Positions 11,080 to 23,639 of a stretch of 41,665 bases of DNA are shown here, in pieces. Source of the stretch: Octopus bimaculoides (taxonomy: Eukaryota). Where the stretch lies: the NCBI RefSeq assembly GCF_001194135.2, contig NC_068981.1:107573962-107615626 (forward strand), written 5' to 3'. How positions within the stretch are numbered: the stretch's first letter is position 1; the number at the start of each line of letters is the position of its first letter. The position numbers and the translations under genes were made by a program. The notes beneath the pieces were generated by a model. That model had not been told where the DNA came from, ran no database searches, and worked only from the letters and a program-made list of their open reading frames with translations.

Positions 11080-12159
11080 AGTTGTATCCTTACACACAGT
11101 TTATAATGGGCAATAGCATCCAGAGGAAGTCTGGCAGCAGTGGGGCCAACAAGAAACAGAATCCAAACTTCATCAACACCCTCAAATCCAAAATTTCAAT
11201 GGATCCAACCACATCTATGAGGAAGCTGGCTTCTGAGCTTGAAGTGGACCCTAAGACCATCAGAACAGCTGTGAATGATGACGAGGACATCATGTACTAC
11301 ACCAGGACATCAAGACACCTACCGACAGAACTTATGAAGGCCAGGAAACTGGAGGGGTTCAGAAAGGTTCGCACATACCTCAAGAAGAACAGGTCCACTG
11401 CTGAGAAGATCTTCACAGTGGATGCCATTGTGAACCACAGAAATGATTGGTACATTATGGAGTCAACAGCTGATGTCAGGGGCACCTTCAGAACAAAATA
11501 TCCAGCCCAGGTTATGGCCTTTGATGTTGTGTCCTCTGACAGAAAAAAAAGATGCCCATGTACTTCTACAAGCCCAGAGAAAAGGTGGGTGTAGACACCT
11601 ACTACAAAATGCTGAGATACCATGTCTTTCCATGGTTTAAGGTCAGCTACTTGGAAGGTAACTATATGTGGACCAAAGATGGTGTTCCCAGCCATACTGC
11701 CAAGAAGGTACAGAATTTCTGCAAATCCAACTTTGCTGCTTTCTGGATCTCAACCCTCTGGAGCATTTCAACCCATGTGGAGCATTTCGAATCATGCCAC
11801 CAACAAAACCTCCCACCCCAACATCAACTCTCTGAAGGCTGCCATCAATGAGGAGTGGGTCATGATGTCCAGTGAATTTATGGTGAAGGGTTGTGCAGGG
11901 TTCTGGGACTGTGTGGAGGTTGTAATTGTAAACAATGGAAGCCACATAGAATAAATTATTCATTTTGTAATTATATGTGAATGTTATTAGCCTTTTTTGA
12001 ATTACTAAACCTATTGATTGCACAGTGAGAGAGTTTCAAATGTTACAACAATTTTGCAAGTTTTACTTCCCCATCCTGAAATACTATACACTTTGGATAA
12101 TATACCCACTCTATTGACAGATATACAAGTGCATTTTTTCCTGGCAACTTACACATATA

Positions 12160-12390
12160 TGTGTGTGTGTCTTTGTGCCTGTGTTTGTCCCCAACCACCA
12201 CTTGACAACTGGTGTTGGTGTGTTTACATCCCTGTAACTTCGTGGTTTGACAAAAGAGATCTGATAGGATTAGTACTAGGCTTAAAGAAATAAGTTCTGC
12301 AGTCAATCTGTTCAACTAAAACCCTTCAAAGTGGTGCCCCAGCATGGCTGCATTCAAATGACTGAAACAAATAAAAGATAAAAGATGTGA
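12160..12390 (+). mobile_element. SINE family A tail
   Basis: (TG)n then TGTTTGTCCCC..CTTGACAAC..., ending CAAATGACTGAAACAAATAAAAGATAAAAGA. Confidence 0.8.
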
Positions 12391-12969
12391 TTTTCTCAAT
12401 GTAATCCATTGTACATATGTAAAATATGTTCTACCAATTTACCATGACCATGATCAATCTGACAAACTTGGAGAACTTGAACGCCAACACCACTATTTTT
12501 TGGAAGAAAATTTAAGTGGGACAGATTTTAAGAAGGCTGTTTATTAAGAATTTTAAGTAATTATTAAGTTGACAATTATCCTTCAGTATGAATTTCTTAT
12601 TTTGCTTTTTCTCTTTGAATGTTTCATTTTGTTTTGTACAGGTTTTACTCTAGTTTTGTCCGAAAATGTGAGGGTGGTTTCTTCCTGATTAATAACCCAC
12701 ACAGCCATATAATATATCTCCTGGACACCAATTTGTTTCACATGCATATAAAAAATATCCACATGAACCAGTAAGAATAATATTTGAAAAATGTTGGTTA
12801 ATATACTCTGGTAGCTAACATGAACCTGAACTGAAGTTAGGCTTCAATACAATATTGAATAACAGAGATATAATTCAATATAATGTAAACGAAATGAGGC
12901 ATGAAAATGAATCAAGATATTGGAGTATGTGTGTCGATATTTTTCATAACCCAAGGTCATCTTCTGTTA

Positions 12970-13080
12970 TAGATTAGCAGAAACAGTAGAGTGTTGAACA
13001 AAATGCTTTGCAGTATTCAGAAGTGTTATGTTTTGAGTTTGAAGTCCATCCACATCGACTTTGGGTTTCATTCTTCCAAT
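12970..13080 (+). mobile_element. Degenerate SINE family B head
   Basis: CAAAATGCTTTGCAG...TTTTGAGTTTGAA...GACTTTG..TTTCAT; similar to 17693-17900. Confidence 0.45.
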
Positions 13081-14641
13081 TTCTGTTTAGTTGAAAAGTC
13101 ATTATCATTAGCAATCAAATCTCAAAACAGCAAAGATCTAATGGAGCCATATTGAACTTTGGTTCTGTACTGTTAAAAGGGTGAGAAATAAGATTCCTCC
13201 CTAGATAGATGCAAGTAGCTTTACACACAGGAAAAGCTGAACTAATAAATAATTAGATAAATAAATAAAACATGAACCACCAAAACATTTGTTAATTCAA
13301 CAGTATTGTTACTACATCCAGTTGGGAACTGAATTCTTAAGACAACTCAGTTTTTGAGTTAAAAATCTGGTGTCTATAAAGAAGTCACATTTTATTTAAA
13401 TGCTATAAACAATTAAAGTAATGAAGCAGAAAATATTTAAAATCTGTTTTTAACTGACGGTACATGATGTGTACACAATTTATATATGATGACATTACAC
13501 ATATGTGAAGCAAAAAGCTTTTATTCAATTTCTTAAGCAAAATAAGACAATGAAGCTAAAAAATCTAAGTCATTTATTTAAGTCATGTACAGATTGAAAA
13601 TACCTTACATAGCATTGTGGTATTACATGTATATGCAGTATTTTTAATGTTGATAACTAAGATGAATATTCCATGAAGAAACTCTACCACAGTTTTGTGG
13701 TTCTCCCACCAAACAACACACAAAATTATGAAGGTGTTCTTATAGCTGCACATAGCGTTTTACCAATGGATTTCTTGCTGTATTTCTTTTTTTCTGTGAC
13801 CTTTTTCTTGAATTCAAATATCTTTCCCGCCATTCATGCTATGATACAAACCTCTGACCTTACAGCTTGCCTACTGACTTGTCTATGAAATAGAATGACC
13901 TGTTTATAATCAATAGCATGTTTCATTTAAACAGGCATTTAGATAGCAGCTTGCAAAATTTGTTAGATTATTAACTTGAAGAAGCTGGCTTTTCATCAAA
14001 AGACACGTTTGAATTGTGCTATAAAATTATTAATTTAACTCTGCTGCATATTTTAGCCTGCATGATGTTTCCTCTAAAATATCAATGTGTGTTCTATACA
14101 TTTCTAGATTATTTTTCCTAGCTGCAGTAGCTGTGCATCTTTAGAATTCTTTTATTTTAAAGAGATGGCATTTAAAAAAAACTGCAGTGACATAATGGGT
14201 TCAAATATGCCTATTTATTTTTTGAAAAAATGTTTATTTTCACGAATGACATAGAAGAAAGTGTCAACTGAGTAAATTAAAAAAAGAGGGTGGTGAAAGA
14301 GAAGAGAGAAAGAGTGAATGAGAGAGTTCTTTTTAAAAGTTTTTTTTAACAATATTTGTCAAACAGAATAGGAATGCCCGTCAATAATAGAAGCATCACG
14401 AATAGTAGCTTCTTTACAAAAGCCTGTTGCACCAATGATTTATTCATGTGGTTGAACAAACTGAATAAAATGCACTGAACAGTTCGAGTTAACATGATTT
14501 CTTACAGTGAGTTTGTGCCTTATGATTTCTTGCTTTTCTTTGACGGAACAAGAGAGGTTCTACATACTTGTTTAACCTGCTAAAAATAACAAGCAATGTT
14601 CCTCAAATCACACCAAACTGTCGTTAATTAATGGATGGACA

Positions 14642-16748
14642 TGTAGCAAGCTGGATGTGATGTGCCATATCAATTCGATATGATGTAACCCACTACTAAA
14701 TGTAGCGTATAGATGTAGTACTTCAAGGTTCTCGCGTTGGAGTATCCAGTGAACATCAAAGAATTAACACCAAGAAGGAAGAAATGTTATTTACATATAT
14801 TTATTCGTTTACCTGACAGGTTGTTACAGAGACAGTTGCAATTCTAGTGAAAGTGACGACAAGGATGACTTGCTGGTTAGTAGTTGATATATAGAAAAAA
14901 GTTGTCTGTCAGTAGACAGGGAAAGAGTAAGGTAGTCATGGTGCTGACTAGAAAGGATAAAGGCGGCATTGCCTTTCTTACGGCCAAAAGCCTCTCTTCG
15001 CATGTTGAGCAAAGGGAAGTATTGCTCTTGGTTAAGACTGATGCAAAATCAGGTGTTGCTCCCTGGTTTAGCTGATACCTAAGAGCCAGTGTTGCTCCTT
15101 GGTCATAGCTGTCACATCAGAGGAAGAGATAGAAAATTCTCTCTGTTATATAGACTACGGTCAGTAATGAAGGTCAAACCTTAAACAAAGGACTGACCTT
15201 TCCTTGACCAGTACAGGTTCTAGGGGTTGGAGTGTTTCCTCATCAGTCATCTAGTGTGGAGGATTTCCCACCCGTTTTGACAAGCAGCAAGCTGGTGGAT
15301 TTGGTTTCAAATCTCAAGTAGGGTCAAGCTAGACCCTTTCACTAGTCCCCCCGCTAGTGAGTTTCTAAGCAAAGAAACGAAAAGAGTGCATTCATACAAA
15401 AATGCATTTAAAGACAAGGTGAAAATAATGTTCAATTGTGAAAAGTATTTTCTTGTTGGTGAATGTGATGCATGGCTGAGAAATATTGTGCATATCAGGA
15501 GAGAGAATCTTGAGAAGGTATATGGGACAAGTATCTATTTGTGTGTGTCCAAATAGTAGTGTCACTTTGCTTATGCAGAATATGCCAGTCGGTGTGCGAC
15601 TGAGGCAGAGTGAATGAGTGTGTGCAGAATGTGTCAGCTGTTGCATGACTGAGGCAGGGTGTGTACATGAGTGCAAGAGAAAGTCCTGTAGCTGTGGAAT
15701 AAGCTGAGGCGAGTGAGTGTGCATTCTCTATTTGTGATATCAGCAAAAGTTTTCTCTCGGGATTGCATTTTGAGTGAAAATGCCTTGAAAAGAGTGCAGA
15801 AGTGAATTGTGTCTGGCCTTGTCATGGGCATTTGCTAATATTAGCCAGAATGATGACAGTGTGGCATGCTTGCATGTTGCATCGGACAGAAAATTTGCTC
15901 TATTAACTTTGTGACCAACCTGGGGTCAAACAGAGACAAGTTATGTCTGACAAGAGCGCAATGAGTATGAGTTGCCATCCGACTGACACAGAGTTAAGAA
16001 AAAGAGCTGAGTGGGCACAGACATGAAAACATCTCTAAAGGCACCCTGTTTTGGTGCATGTGTGTAAGTGGGTGCAGTCATGTAGGTTTGTGTGTGAATG
16101 TTGAGAAAAAATTTTGTTTTGTTTTACAAACAAAATACAGAGCAGGGGTCAGCATGTGAAGAAAGAAATTGCAGACATTCAAAAGGAGAACATTTAGCGT
16201 GTGCATGAAATGTGCAACCATAACAAAATGAAATCAGCAAAAACAACAAACATGGTTAGTAAGTGTTCTGGTCCTGAAAAGCTAAAAAGTAGCATTTGAA
16301 ATACAAAGAAAGTTCAAGTCTATGGCTGTTGAAAACGTTGTGTGTATGGGCTTCCATAGAGTTATCCAGTTAGTTATTCATCAGGTTCGAAGTTGTTATT
16401 CTTGTCTTCGATGTGATGAGCATGATGTGAAGGCTGTATTTCCTGAGCTCAGGTCACCAAAATGTAGTGACAAAATGGAAAATTTAACTGCAGTACAAAA
16501 AATGTTTTCATTTTCCAAATGCAATTAAATTGGTGAAGCTGGTTCAAGGGAAGGCTGCAATTCTTTGATGGGGTCAACAAATGTAGCGGGCTGGATGTGA
16601 TGTGCCATATCAATTTGATATGATGTAGCCCACTACTAAATGTAACATATAAATGTAATGCTTCAAGGTTCTTGCATCGGAGTAACCAGTGAACATTGAA
16701 GAATTAACACCAAGAAAGAAGAAATGTTATTTATATATATTTACCTCA
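14642..16748 (-). mobile_element. Internally deleted Gypsy-like LTR retroelement (3' LTR about 15344-14642; 5' LTR remnant 16748-16582)
   Basis: Direct repeats 14642-14805 and 16582-16745 (about 10% different) end in GCTACA on the minus strand. PBS-like TTTGTTGACCCC at 16581-16570; G6 PPT-like run at 15352-15347; minus-strand TATATAA (15152-15146) and AATAAA (14805-14800). Only a weak gag-like trace (AVK-PF) near 16490; no pol. Confidence 0.6.
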
Positions 16749-16759
16749 GTATACTCAGG

Positions 16760-17190
16760 TTTGACCAACTACTTCATTCCCTATCCCCACACTCTTAGCA
16801 TTCATGTGAAGTCCCTCCTCTACTATCCCATTTATATTCTAATCCCCAAACGATGAGGGTATGCCCTGGCACTTTAATGGTTTAAAACATCTCTCTCCTG
16901 CTCTCTCTTGGACTCTCATACCCTTCCCCACTACCACTCTCACTCACTCACTCTCTCTCTTTCTTTCTTTTGCTCTCTCCTTCTGACTGGGTAACCGTGT
17001 AACTCTTCTACAGCAGGTCACCTGTTTCCATCCCTCTGTCACACTAACCGCTCATCACCTGGCACAAGGCCACCTCCCCCATTGAACTTTCCACTCAAAG
17101 GATCTTTGTCTTGCAAATTACTTGGTGACCCCTACCAGTGCTGGTGCCACGTAAAATGCACCAAGTCCACACTGCAAAGTGGTTGGTCAG
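16760..17190 (+). mobile_element. Dispersed repeat, same family as 4830-5600
   Basis: Matches the reverse complement of 4830-5600 and abuts the truncated end of the 5' LTR. Confidence 0.55.
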
Positions 17191-17692
17191 GATTCTACAA
17201 ATTGTAGAATTCTAACAATCCATGTTACTAATAATTTTAAAGATACTCCAAGCAGTTGACTGATTTCTATCACCTGTGTGTCTCAACAGTGTGATTTGTT
17301 TTTGGAAGACTTTACTTCTATTTGAGCACTGACAATTTTAGGAAACAGTTTTTATCTCTTATTTTCTCAACATAAATGACAGTTTATGGCTGAAGGAAGA
17401 TTTGTGTGAATAAACACACAAGATAATTACAGACAGGTCACTAGCATGTAGAAAAAGACCTAAATTTTATGGCCTCTGTCTCACAGAGACACTCTACACC
17501 ATCTGTCACTCTACTCCAAATTTGAACTCATGTCAACTTCCATATATCAAAGCTTATCTCAACTTGCCACCTCATACCAAAGTTTCTGTTGCTTCAAAGC
17601 ATAACCACTTTCTGATGTTTGATAAAAAGAATTTGACATCATTGGCAACATGACAAATCAAGGACATCCATACCCTCAAATATTTTAACTAC

Positions 17693-17900
17693 CTCTGGCA
17701 CAATCATTACTGCTCTGGACAAAATGCTTTGCAGCATTTCTTCTGTCTGTATGTTATGAGTTCAAATGTTGCTTGAGATTTTGCCTGTCATCCTTTCAGG
17801 GACAGTATCAACATAAGTACCAAGTGAGCACTGGGCTCAATGTCATTGACTATCCCTTCCCCACAAAATTTCCAGTTTTGTGCCTATAGTAGAAAGAATT
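17693..17900 (+). mobile_element. tRNA-derived SINE, family B
   Basis: CTGGCACAATCATTA (A-box-like), GAGTTCAAAT (B-box), TCATCCTTTCAGGG..AAGTACCA..ACTGGG, ending TGTGCCTATAGTAGAAAGAATT. Confidence 0.7.
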
Positions 17901-18329
17901 ACTCTATGCTGATGAATAAAGTCAATAACATGAAAGTTATTGGTATGATTGAATAATCTTATTTACCAACATACACTAATAGCAGACTTGGGTGTGTGTT
18001 TAAAACTTTTTTTTTTTTGTACAGAAATTGTAATAGAAGGCCATTATATTCATGTTTGCACACACAAAATTCTGTGTAAGGTGATTAGAGACATTCTTGT
18101 TGATTGATCAAAATCGGTGATATTAAATAAAGTTGGGCTGAGGTTGGTTTAGAGTAGTGCTTCTTAAAATGGGCAGTACTGCCTCAGGGGAAGGAAATTA
18201 TATATGGGCACTGTATCTAAAATAACACTTGGGAGATGATAGATGCATCTTTACAATGTTTTAGTCTTTGTTTCCAATTTAAATATTAATTGGCATTGAT
18301 TGTACTGCTATGTTGATCTGATATTAGTT

Positions 18330-18970
18330 GATAGATGCTGAGGTACAAGGTGGTGCTAATGGTACACTGAGTGTGACTGGGGCAGCAAGCATTTGTGATA
18401 GGTTACATTGTCAAAAGTAATATAATAATAAGAATGGATGTAATTGACATGCCTAGAGATGTTACAATTGATGAGGATGAAAAGAAGTTTGAAGTAGTTC
18501 AATATACAGCTAGTACACACTCAATGAATGGAGACACTGGGAGAGATGAAAAAAAAGATAAAAGTTTAATTGTTAAGGACAAGGGTTTTCATGCAGAAAT
18601 TGATGGGTTGAAGGACCTTAGAATGGTTTGAAGAGAGAGAGCCCCAGCACTGAAGAATGAGGTAAGTTACTACATGGGTTTCTAACAATATGGCATGAAA
18701 GCTGAATTTGAAAAAGATGGAGATATGGACAAAGTAAGGCATTCTTGTGCAATGAAAAGAAAAAGTGAAAATATAAGGGCTACCATTAATGGAAGTGCTG
18801 GTGCCATTACAAAACGCACACAATACACATTATGATAGAGTTGATGCTGGGAAGGGCAAGTGGCTATAGAAGTCATGTAAAAAAAATAGATGTAAGACCT
18901 GTCTAATCAAAAAACTGATTTAAACTGAGGACTCATCCAGCCCTTGCCAGCATGGAAAGCAGATGTACAT
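18330..18970 (+). mobile_element. Old RTE-type LINE 3' end
   Basis: Degenerate GYIV...RDVTIDEDEKKFEVV (compare GHV...GRPRKTWxEVV). Ends CCTTGCCAGCATGGAAAGCAGATG, the plus-strand form of the RTE tail. Confidence 0.45.
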
Positions 18971-21039
18971 GTATATCAATTCATTATTAATATTTTAATG
19001 ATAATAATAATTATTATTAAAGACTATGGCTTTTCTTCTGAGCCTATATAGCTATGTGGTATGTAAACTTAGTTTGCACAAGGCCTGTGCTCAACATCCA
19101 TTTTGCACACCTGTTATGTCTCCCTTCCCCACCACCATTTTAATTCATACATTAGCATTTTCACTTGGCAATTCATATGCTTCATGTACTGTGTGTGTGA
19201 GTACATATTTTGATTTTACCTTTATACCCCTCATACAGGCACCCTGATGAATATTGTATACAGTTAAAGGTACCTCATATATAAATATTTAGATATACAA
19301 TACTTAAACTCCTCTATGTAACCACCCTATTCTCATACCCACTTGTTGTCTCTTGCTCTAGATGTTGGATGAGGTGGGGAAAACTGTTGATTCATTATAA
19401 TTCACTGAATAAACAATGTACCAAAGCTCTATGCTAGCTGGCAAGCATTTTCACAGATCTTCATTTCAGATGATGACAATATTTCCATAATTACCTCAGC
19501 TAATTCCTCAGCATAATTCCTCAGTTAAGGGGTTATTGTATAGATGAGCTTGCATATTCTTGCTTAATGAAAGTTGACAAACAAACCTCCACAGAGGTGA
19601 AAACTTCAGACATACATGTCATCAGCTCACGTACCCCATAGTATGACTGGTAATATTTGACAGAAATCCCCTGCAAGGAGAACAGTTAAGCCCTCCCTAT
19701 AATGGCAGTATTGTTTTTAATATCCCTTAGTGACCTATGTAGGGCTTCTAGTGTACCACGGTGTGCCATCATGCGTTCATCCCAGACAATAAGTGTAGTT
19801 TAGAGCAGAACTTCTACTGTCGATAATCGTTTTGAAATATTACACATTTGGGCATCGCTGAAGTGAGTTTTCTTGAGCATGAATAGAGGCAGTTTTCTTT
19901 GCGGCCCATGTTTATGGAGAGAAATGAGAATGTCTTTGTTTTGGTGGCATGGCTGAAGAGAGCAAATGATTAAGGAACATATAAGATGGAGGACATAGCA
20001 ATTTGAAGTTGGGCATTGAGTAATTTGATTTTTTAGTAACAAATGAAAAGATGTGGAAAAATTCACATGTCAATTTGTATACCATTATTATGAGAAGTGG
20101 TAAACTATGAATGATTTGGCTATGTTCTGTTTTGATAAGCATGATGCATTCTGTTAGCTGATATATAGTGGAGTGGATTACTGGCTTAATGGAAGTTGTT
20201 GTTTGTCCAGAAGTAAACGGGGGCGGGGTACAATTTGCATGAAAATGATTTATGTTCTTTAGAAGGATCACAAACTATGTACTGTTTCACAGAATAAAAA
20301 GGGGTTAATATGATTTTGCCCAGAAATCATGTTTTTTCAAAATTATAATTTCCCCCCTCCTTGCCGAAATTTCTTAATTTCAACTGTTTTTCAAATTTCG
20401 CTTTTTTATGCACATGGAAAAATACAGAGATTATGAATGTGGGAAATATAATTTGTTTTTGAAAATTTCATTCTTCTGAAAGAAATACTTCTCCCACCTT
20501 GGCCACCCATCAGCTACCTGCTTTTGGGTGGAATACAAATTTCCTGTATGGAAAACAGGAATGTGAGTGAATTGAGGAAAGAAATAAGTGGGGAGGGGGG
20601 AATATGCAAATGTCATCTCGGACATGCTACAAACAACAGGTAAAGGACAGGATTTCTGAGATAGCCTCCTTGTAAGTTTAAATGGGAGATTGGTTTTGAA
20701 ATACGCTCATTACACACAGGAATGACAAAATAGGAAAAGGTAATTTCCATAAGATTTGAGCTGTAATTTAGCACACAGTAAAAAATAACATAACTCATAC
20801 AGAACTTTAACTGTATGTGTGTGTGTGCCAAAGGAAGTTACTTTTGCATACCTTTCTTAATTCCAAAAGAAGGAAATCTAGTGAAGTTGTGATATGTTAA
20901 CAGTAGAAGGTCTCCATACATTATGAGAAATCGAAAGAGAAAGATAATGCCTAATTCTGTGCATGCATGAAACATGGGACAAAAGTGAAAATGACCTTAA
21001 AATTGTATGACACGACCTCATCTCTGGGGTTCTCTGCGG

Positions 21040-21787
21040 CTCCTTCTCTCTCACTTTCCCTCTCTCTTTGTGTCGGCTTTCTTTCACCTTCACCTATAGA
21101 ACATCAGTATCAATTTTGTGCTGACTTTCTTTTACTTTCAACTATAGGACATACATAGGGTATAAAACATCAGCGTCTGTCTCTCACCTGCTACCTGTCT
21201 TCAATTTCTCCTTCAACAAGTAATGTATTAGTTTCTGTCCCTGTTTCTTTCTCTTGTCTCTGTCTTTTTCTCATTTTGCGTTTCACTGTTTCACTCAGTC
21301 ATTCTATAAAAATTAATTTCTTTATGCTTTGAAGAGAGCAGAAATTGAAAGAAAAGAGAAAGTGAAAAAGAGGGAGAGAGAGAGCAGAAAGTGAAGGAAA
21401 TGAGAAAGTGAAAGATATAAGTACATGTATATGAAATGAACATGTGTGTGAGTGTGCAAGAGAGAGAGATAGAGTGAGTGAAGGTGTGTGTCATGATGAT
21501 GGATGTCTTTTAAGGTACACACTCATATAGAAAATGTGACATCGTTGTCGTATAAAATGTTTACGGTAGTTAACTTATGGAAAAGATCATAATTTAAAAT
21601 TTTTGTAATGCAAATATGTCAATGAAAATAAAGTTTAGCTAGTAGTGGAAATAGTACTGAATCTTTTGATACCCCATACATCAAAATCGGTAACTCAATT
21701 TTGGAATGCATAAGGAACATATGCACACACACACACACACACACACTCACACACACTCACATACAAACTCTCTTTTATAGAAATAGA
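21040..21787 (-). mobile_element. Second Helitron-family copy, 5' about 750 bp
   Basis: Begins A|TCTATTTCTATAAAAGAGAGTTTG on the minus strand. Colinear with 1958-2660 (ATGTTCCTTATGCATTC, CCGATTTTGA, GTATCAAAAGATTCAGTA, AAACTTTATTTTCATT, AGGTGAAGGTGAAAGAAAG). 3' end not identified. Confidence 0.8.
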
Positions 21788-21859
21788 TATGTGTGTAGTC
21801 AAATCAAATGATAAACAATAAAATTAATTATAACAGACAAGAGGATGTGCACAAGGAAT

Positions 21860-22028
21860 NNNNNNNNNNNNNNNNNNNNNNNNNNNNNNNNNNNNNNNNN
21901 NNNNNNNNNNNNNNNNNNNNNNNNNNNNNNNNNNNNNNNNNNNNNNNNNNNNNNNNNNNNNNNNNNNNNNNNNNNNNNNNNNNNNNNNNNNNNNNNNNNN
22001 NNNNNNNNNNNNNNNNNNNNNNNNNNNN
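21860..22028. other. Assembly gap (169 N) flanked by an exact 165-bp duplication
   Basis: 21695-21859 is identical to 22029-22193. Confidence 0.95.
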
Positions 22029-22265
22029 TCAATTTTGGAATGCATAAGGAACATATGCACACACACACACACACACACACTCACACACACTCACATACAA
22101 ACTCTCTTTTATAGAAATAGATATGTGTGTAGTCAAATCAAATGATAAACAATAAAATTAATTATAACAGACAAGAGGATGTGCACAAGGAATGTATTAG
22201 TTTGATGCTCAGTGAAAAGAGAGAGGTTTTGACATTTTAAGCATAGCTCTTCATCAGAAAGGAGA

Positions 22266-22365
22266 NNNNNNNNNNNNNNNNNNNNNNNNNNNNNNNNNNN
22301 NNNNNNNNNNNNNNNNNNNNNNNNNNNNNNNNNNNNNNNNNNNNNNNNNNNNNNNNNNNNNNNNN
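22266..22365. other. Assembly gap (100 N)
   Basis: Run of N followed by (TA)n. Confidence 0.99.
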
Positions 22366-22761
22366 TATATATATATATATGTATATATGATATATATATA
22401 TATATGTATATATGAGAGAGAGACAGACAGAGAAATGCTTACAGGTTTATCAAATGCCATACAGTATAAATTTATGACTTATTAAAATTTTGTCCACCTC
22501 TCAATGATATGTCACAATTAGCAATTGGCAATTGAGACCAGCTCCATATGGGAAGAGGAGATATTCTCAAAAATGAAGAAGTTTTCAAAGTTGACATCTC
22601 ATTTTAAAAAAAGGTAAGCACACTGGAATATTGTCTTGCATAAGAGGACAGTTGTGGATCTGTGTTTCTGCTTCAATAGGCATCATGAGTATGACAATTG
22701 CCTTGTCTTATCTCAGTAGCCAATGGACTCCTCCTCCCTCTCTTTCACTGTATATACATAT

Positions 22762-22800
<39 letters not shown>

Positions 22801-22807
22801 TATATAT

Positions 22808-22957
22808 GTGTGTGTGGTTGAAGCTTGCTTCTTAACCACATGGTTCCAAGTTCAGTCCCACTGCGTGGCACCTTGGGCCAGTGTTTTCTACTATAGCCTT
22901 GGGCTGACCAAAGCCTTGTGAGTGGATTTGATAGATGGAAACTGAAAGAAGCCTGTC

Positions 22958-22992
<35 letters not shown>

Positions 22993-23295
22993 AATAATAA
23001 GGTACTCGGATATCTGGATGGTTGTACATTTACAGATTTTTATTAATATGTCACATGTTTTTATAAATTAGCGCTTGCTAATATATGTATATATCTATGT
23101 GTGTGTCATTGTGTTTGTCTCCCCATCTCTGCTTGAAACTAGTGTTGATGTGTTTTGTATCCCTGTAACTTAGTGGTTTGACAAAAGAGGCTGATAGAAT
23201 AAGTACTAGGCTTAAAAAAAGTAAGTCCTGGGGTCAACTTGTTCAACTAAAACCCTTCAAGGTGGTGCTCCAGCATGGCCACAGTGAAATGACTG
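22808..23295 (+). mobile_element. SINE family A, near full length
   Basis: Head ending GAAACTGAAAGAAGCC, (TA)n spacer, tail to CAGCATGGCCACAGTGAAATGACTG. Confidence 0.8.
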
Positions 23296-23639
23296 TGGTG
23301 AGAATGGATGAGGATAGCTGCGTGAAAAAGTGCCACACCCTAACAGTTGAGGGAACCCGTGGAAGAGGTAGGCCCAGGAAGACCTGGGCTGAGGTGGTGA
23401 GGCAAGACCTTCGTACATTGGGCCTCACCGAGGCAATGACTACTGACCGAGACCTTTGGAAATGTGCTGTGTGTGAGAAGACCCGGCAAGCCAAGTAAGA
23501 TCGTTGCCAGTGCCCCTTGACTGGCTCTTGTGCGGGTGGCACATAAGATGCACCATTTTGAGCGTGGCCGTTGCCAGTACCGCCTGACTGGCCTTCGTAG
23601 GATTTACGAGCGAGATCGTTGCCAGTGCCCCTGGACTAG
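23296..23639 (+). mobile_element. RTE-clade LINE 3' end, relatively young, running into a gap
   Basis: RMDEDSCVKKCHTLTVEGTRGRGRPRKTWAEVVRQDLRTLGLTEAMTTDRDLW...K*. The 3' UTR has three GTTGCCAGT-containing subrepeats and retains CpGs. Confidence 0.88.

Larger units (their letters stand above)
8671..12078 (+). mobile_element. Tc1/mariner-superfamily transposon (DD37D/maT-like), interrupted by a Penelope-like element
   Basis: 24-bp TIRs CAGGGTGGGAAAGCAAAACTTGCA (8671-8694) and 12055-12078, with 3 mismatches. Transposase N-terminus QEDKCHRVCDLVCAQVNPKRISSIVVS (about 8813-8900) resumes at 11080. Later motifs: EKIFTVD..NHRND, RTKYPAQVM, KDGVPSHTA, SLKAAINEEW, NGSHIE. About 1.22 kb without the insert. 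Confidence 0.85.

Noticed and set aside
13673-13900. Short ORFs on both strands in unique-looking DNA
   Set aside because: No recognisable motif or convincing splice context.
16322-16560. Plus-strand FPNAIKLVKL resembling a hAT dimerisation motif
   Set aside because: The downstream ERxFS motif is absent, and the region is better explained as the minus-strand LTR-element interior.
21695-22193. Exact 165-bp direct repeat giving an apparent second Helitron 5' end at 22121
   Set aside because: The two copies are 100% identical and sit on either side of an N-gap, typical of an unmerged contig overlap.
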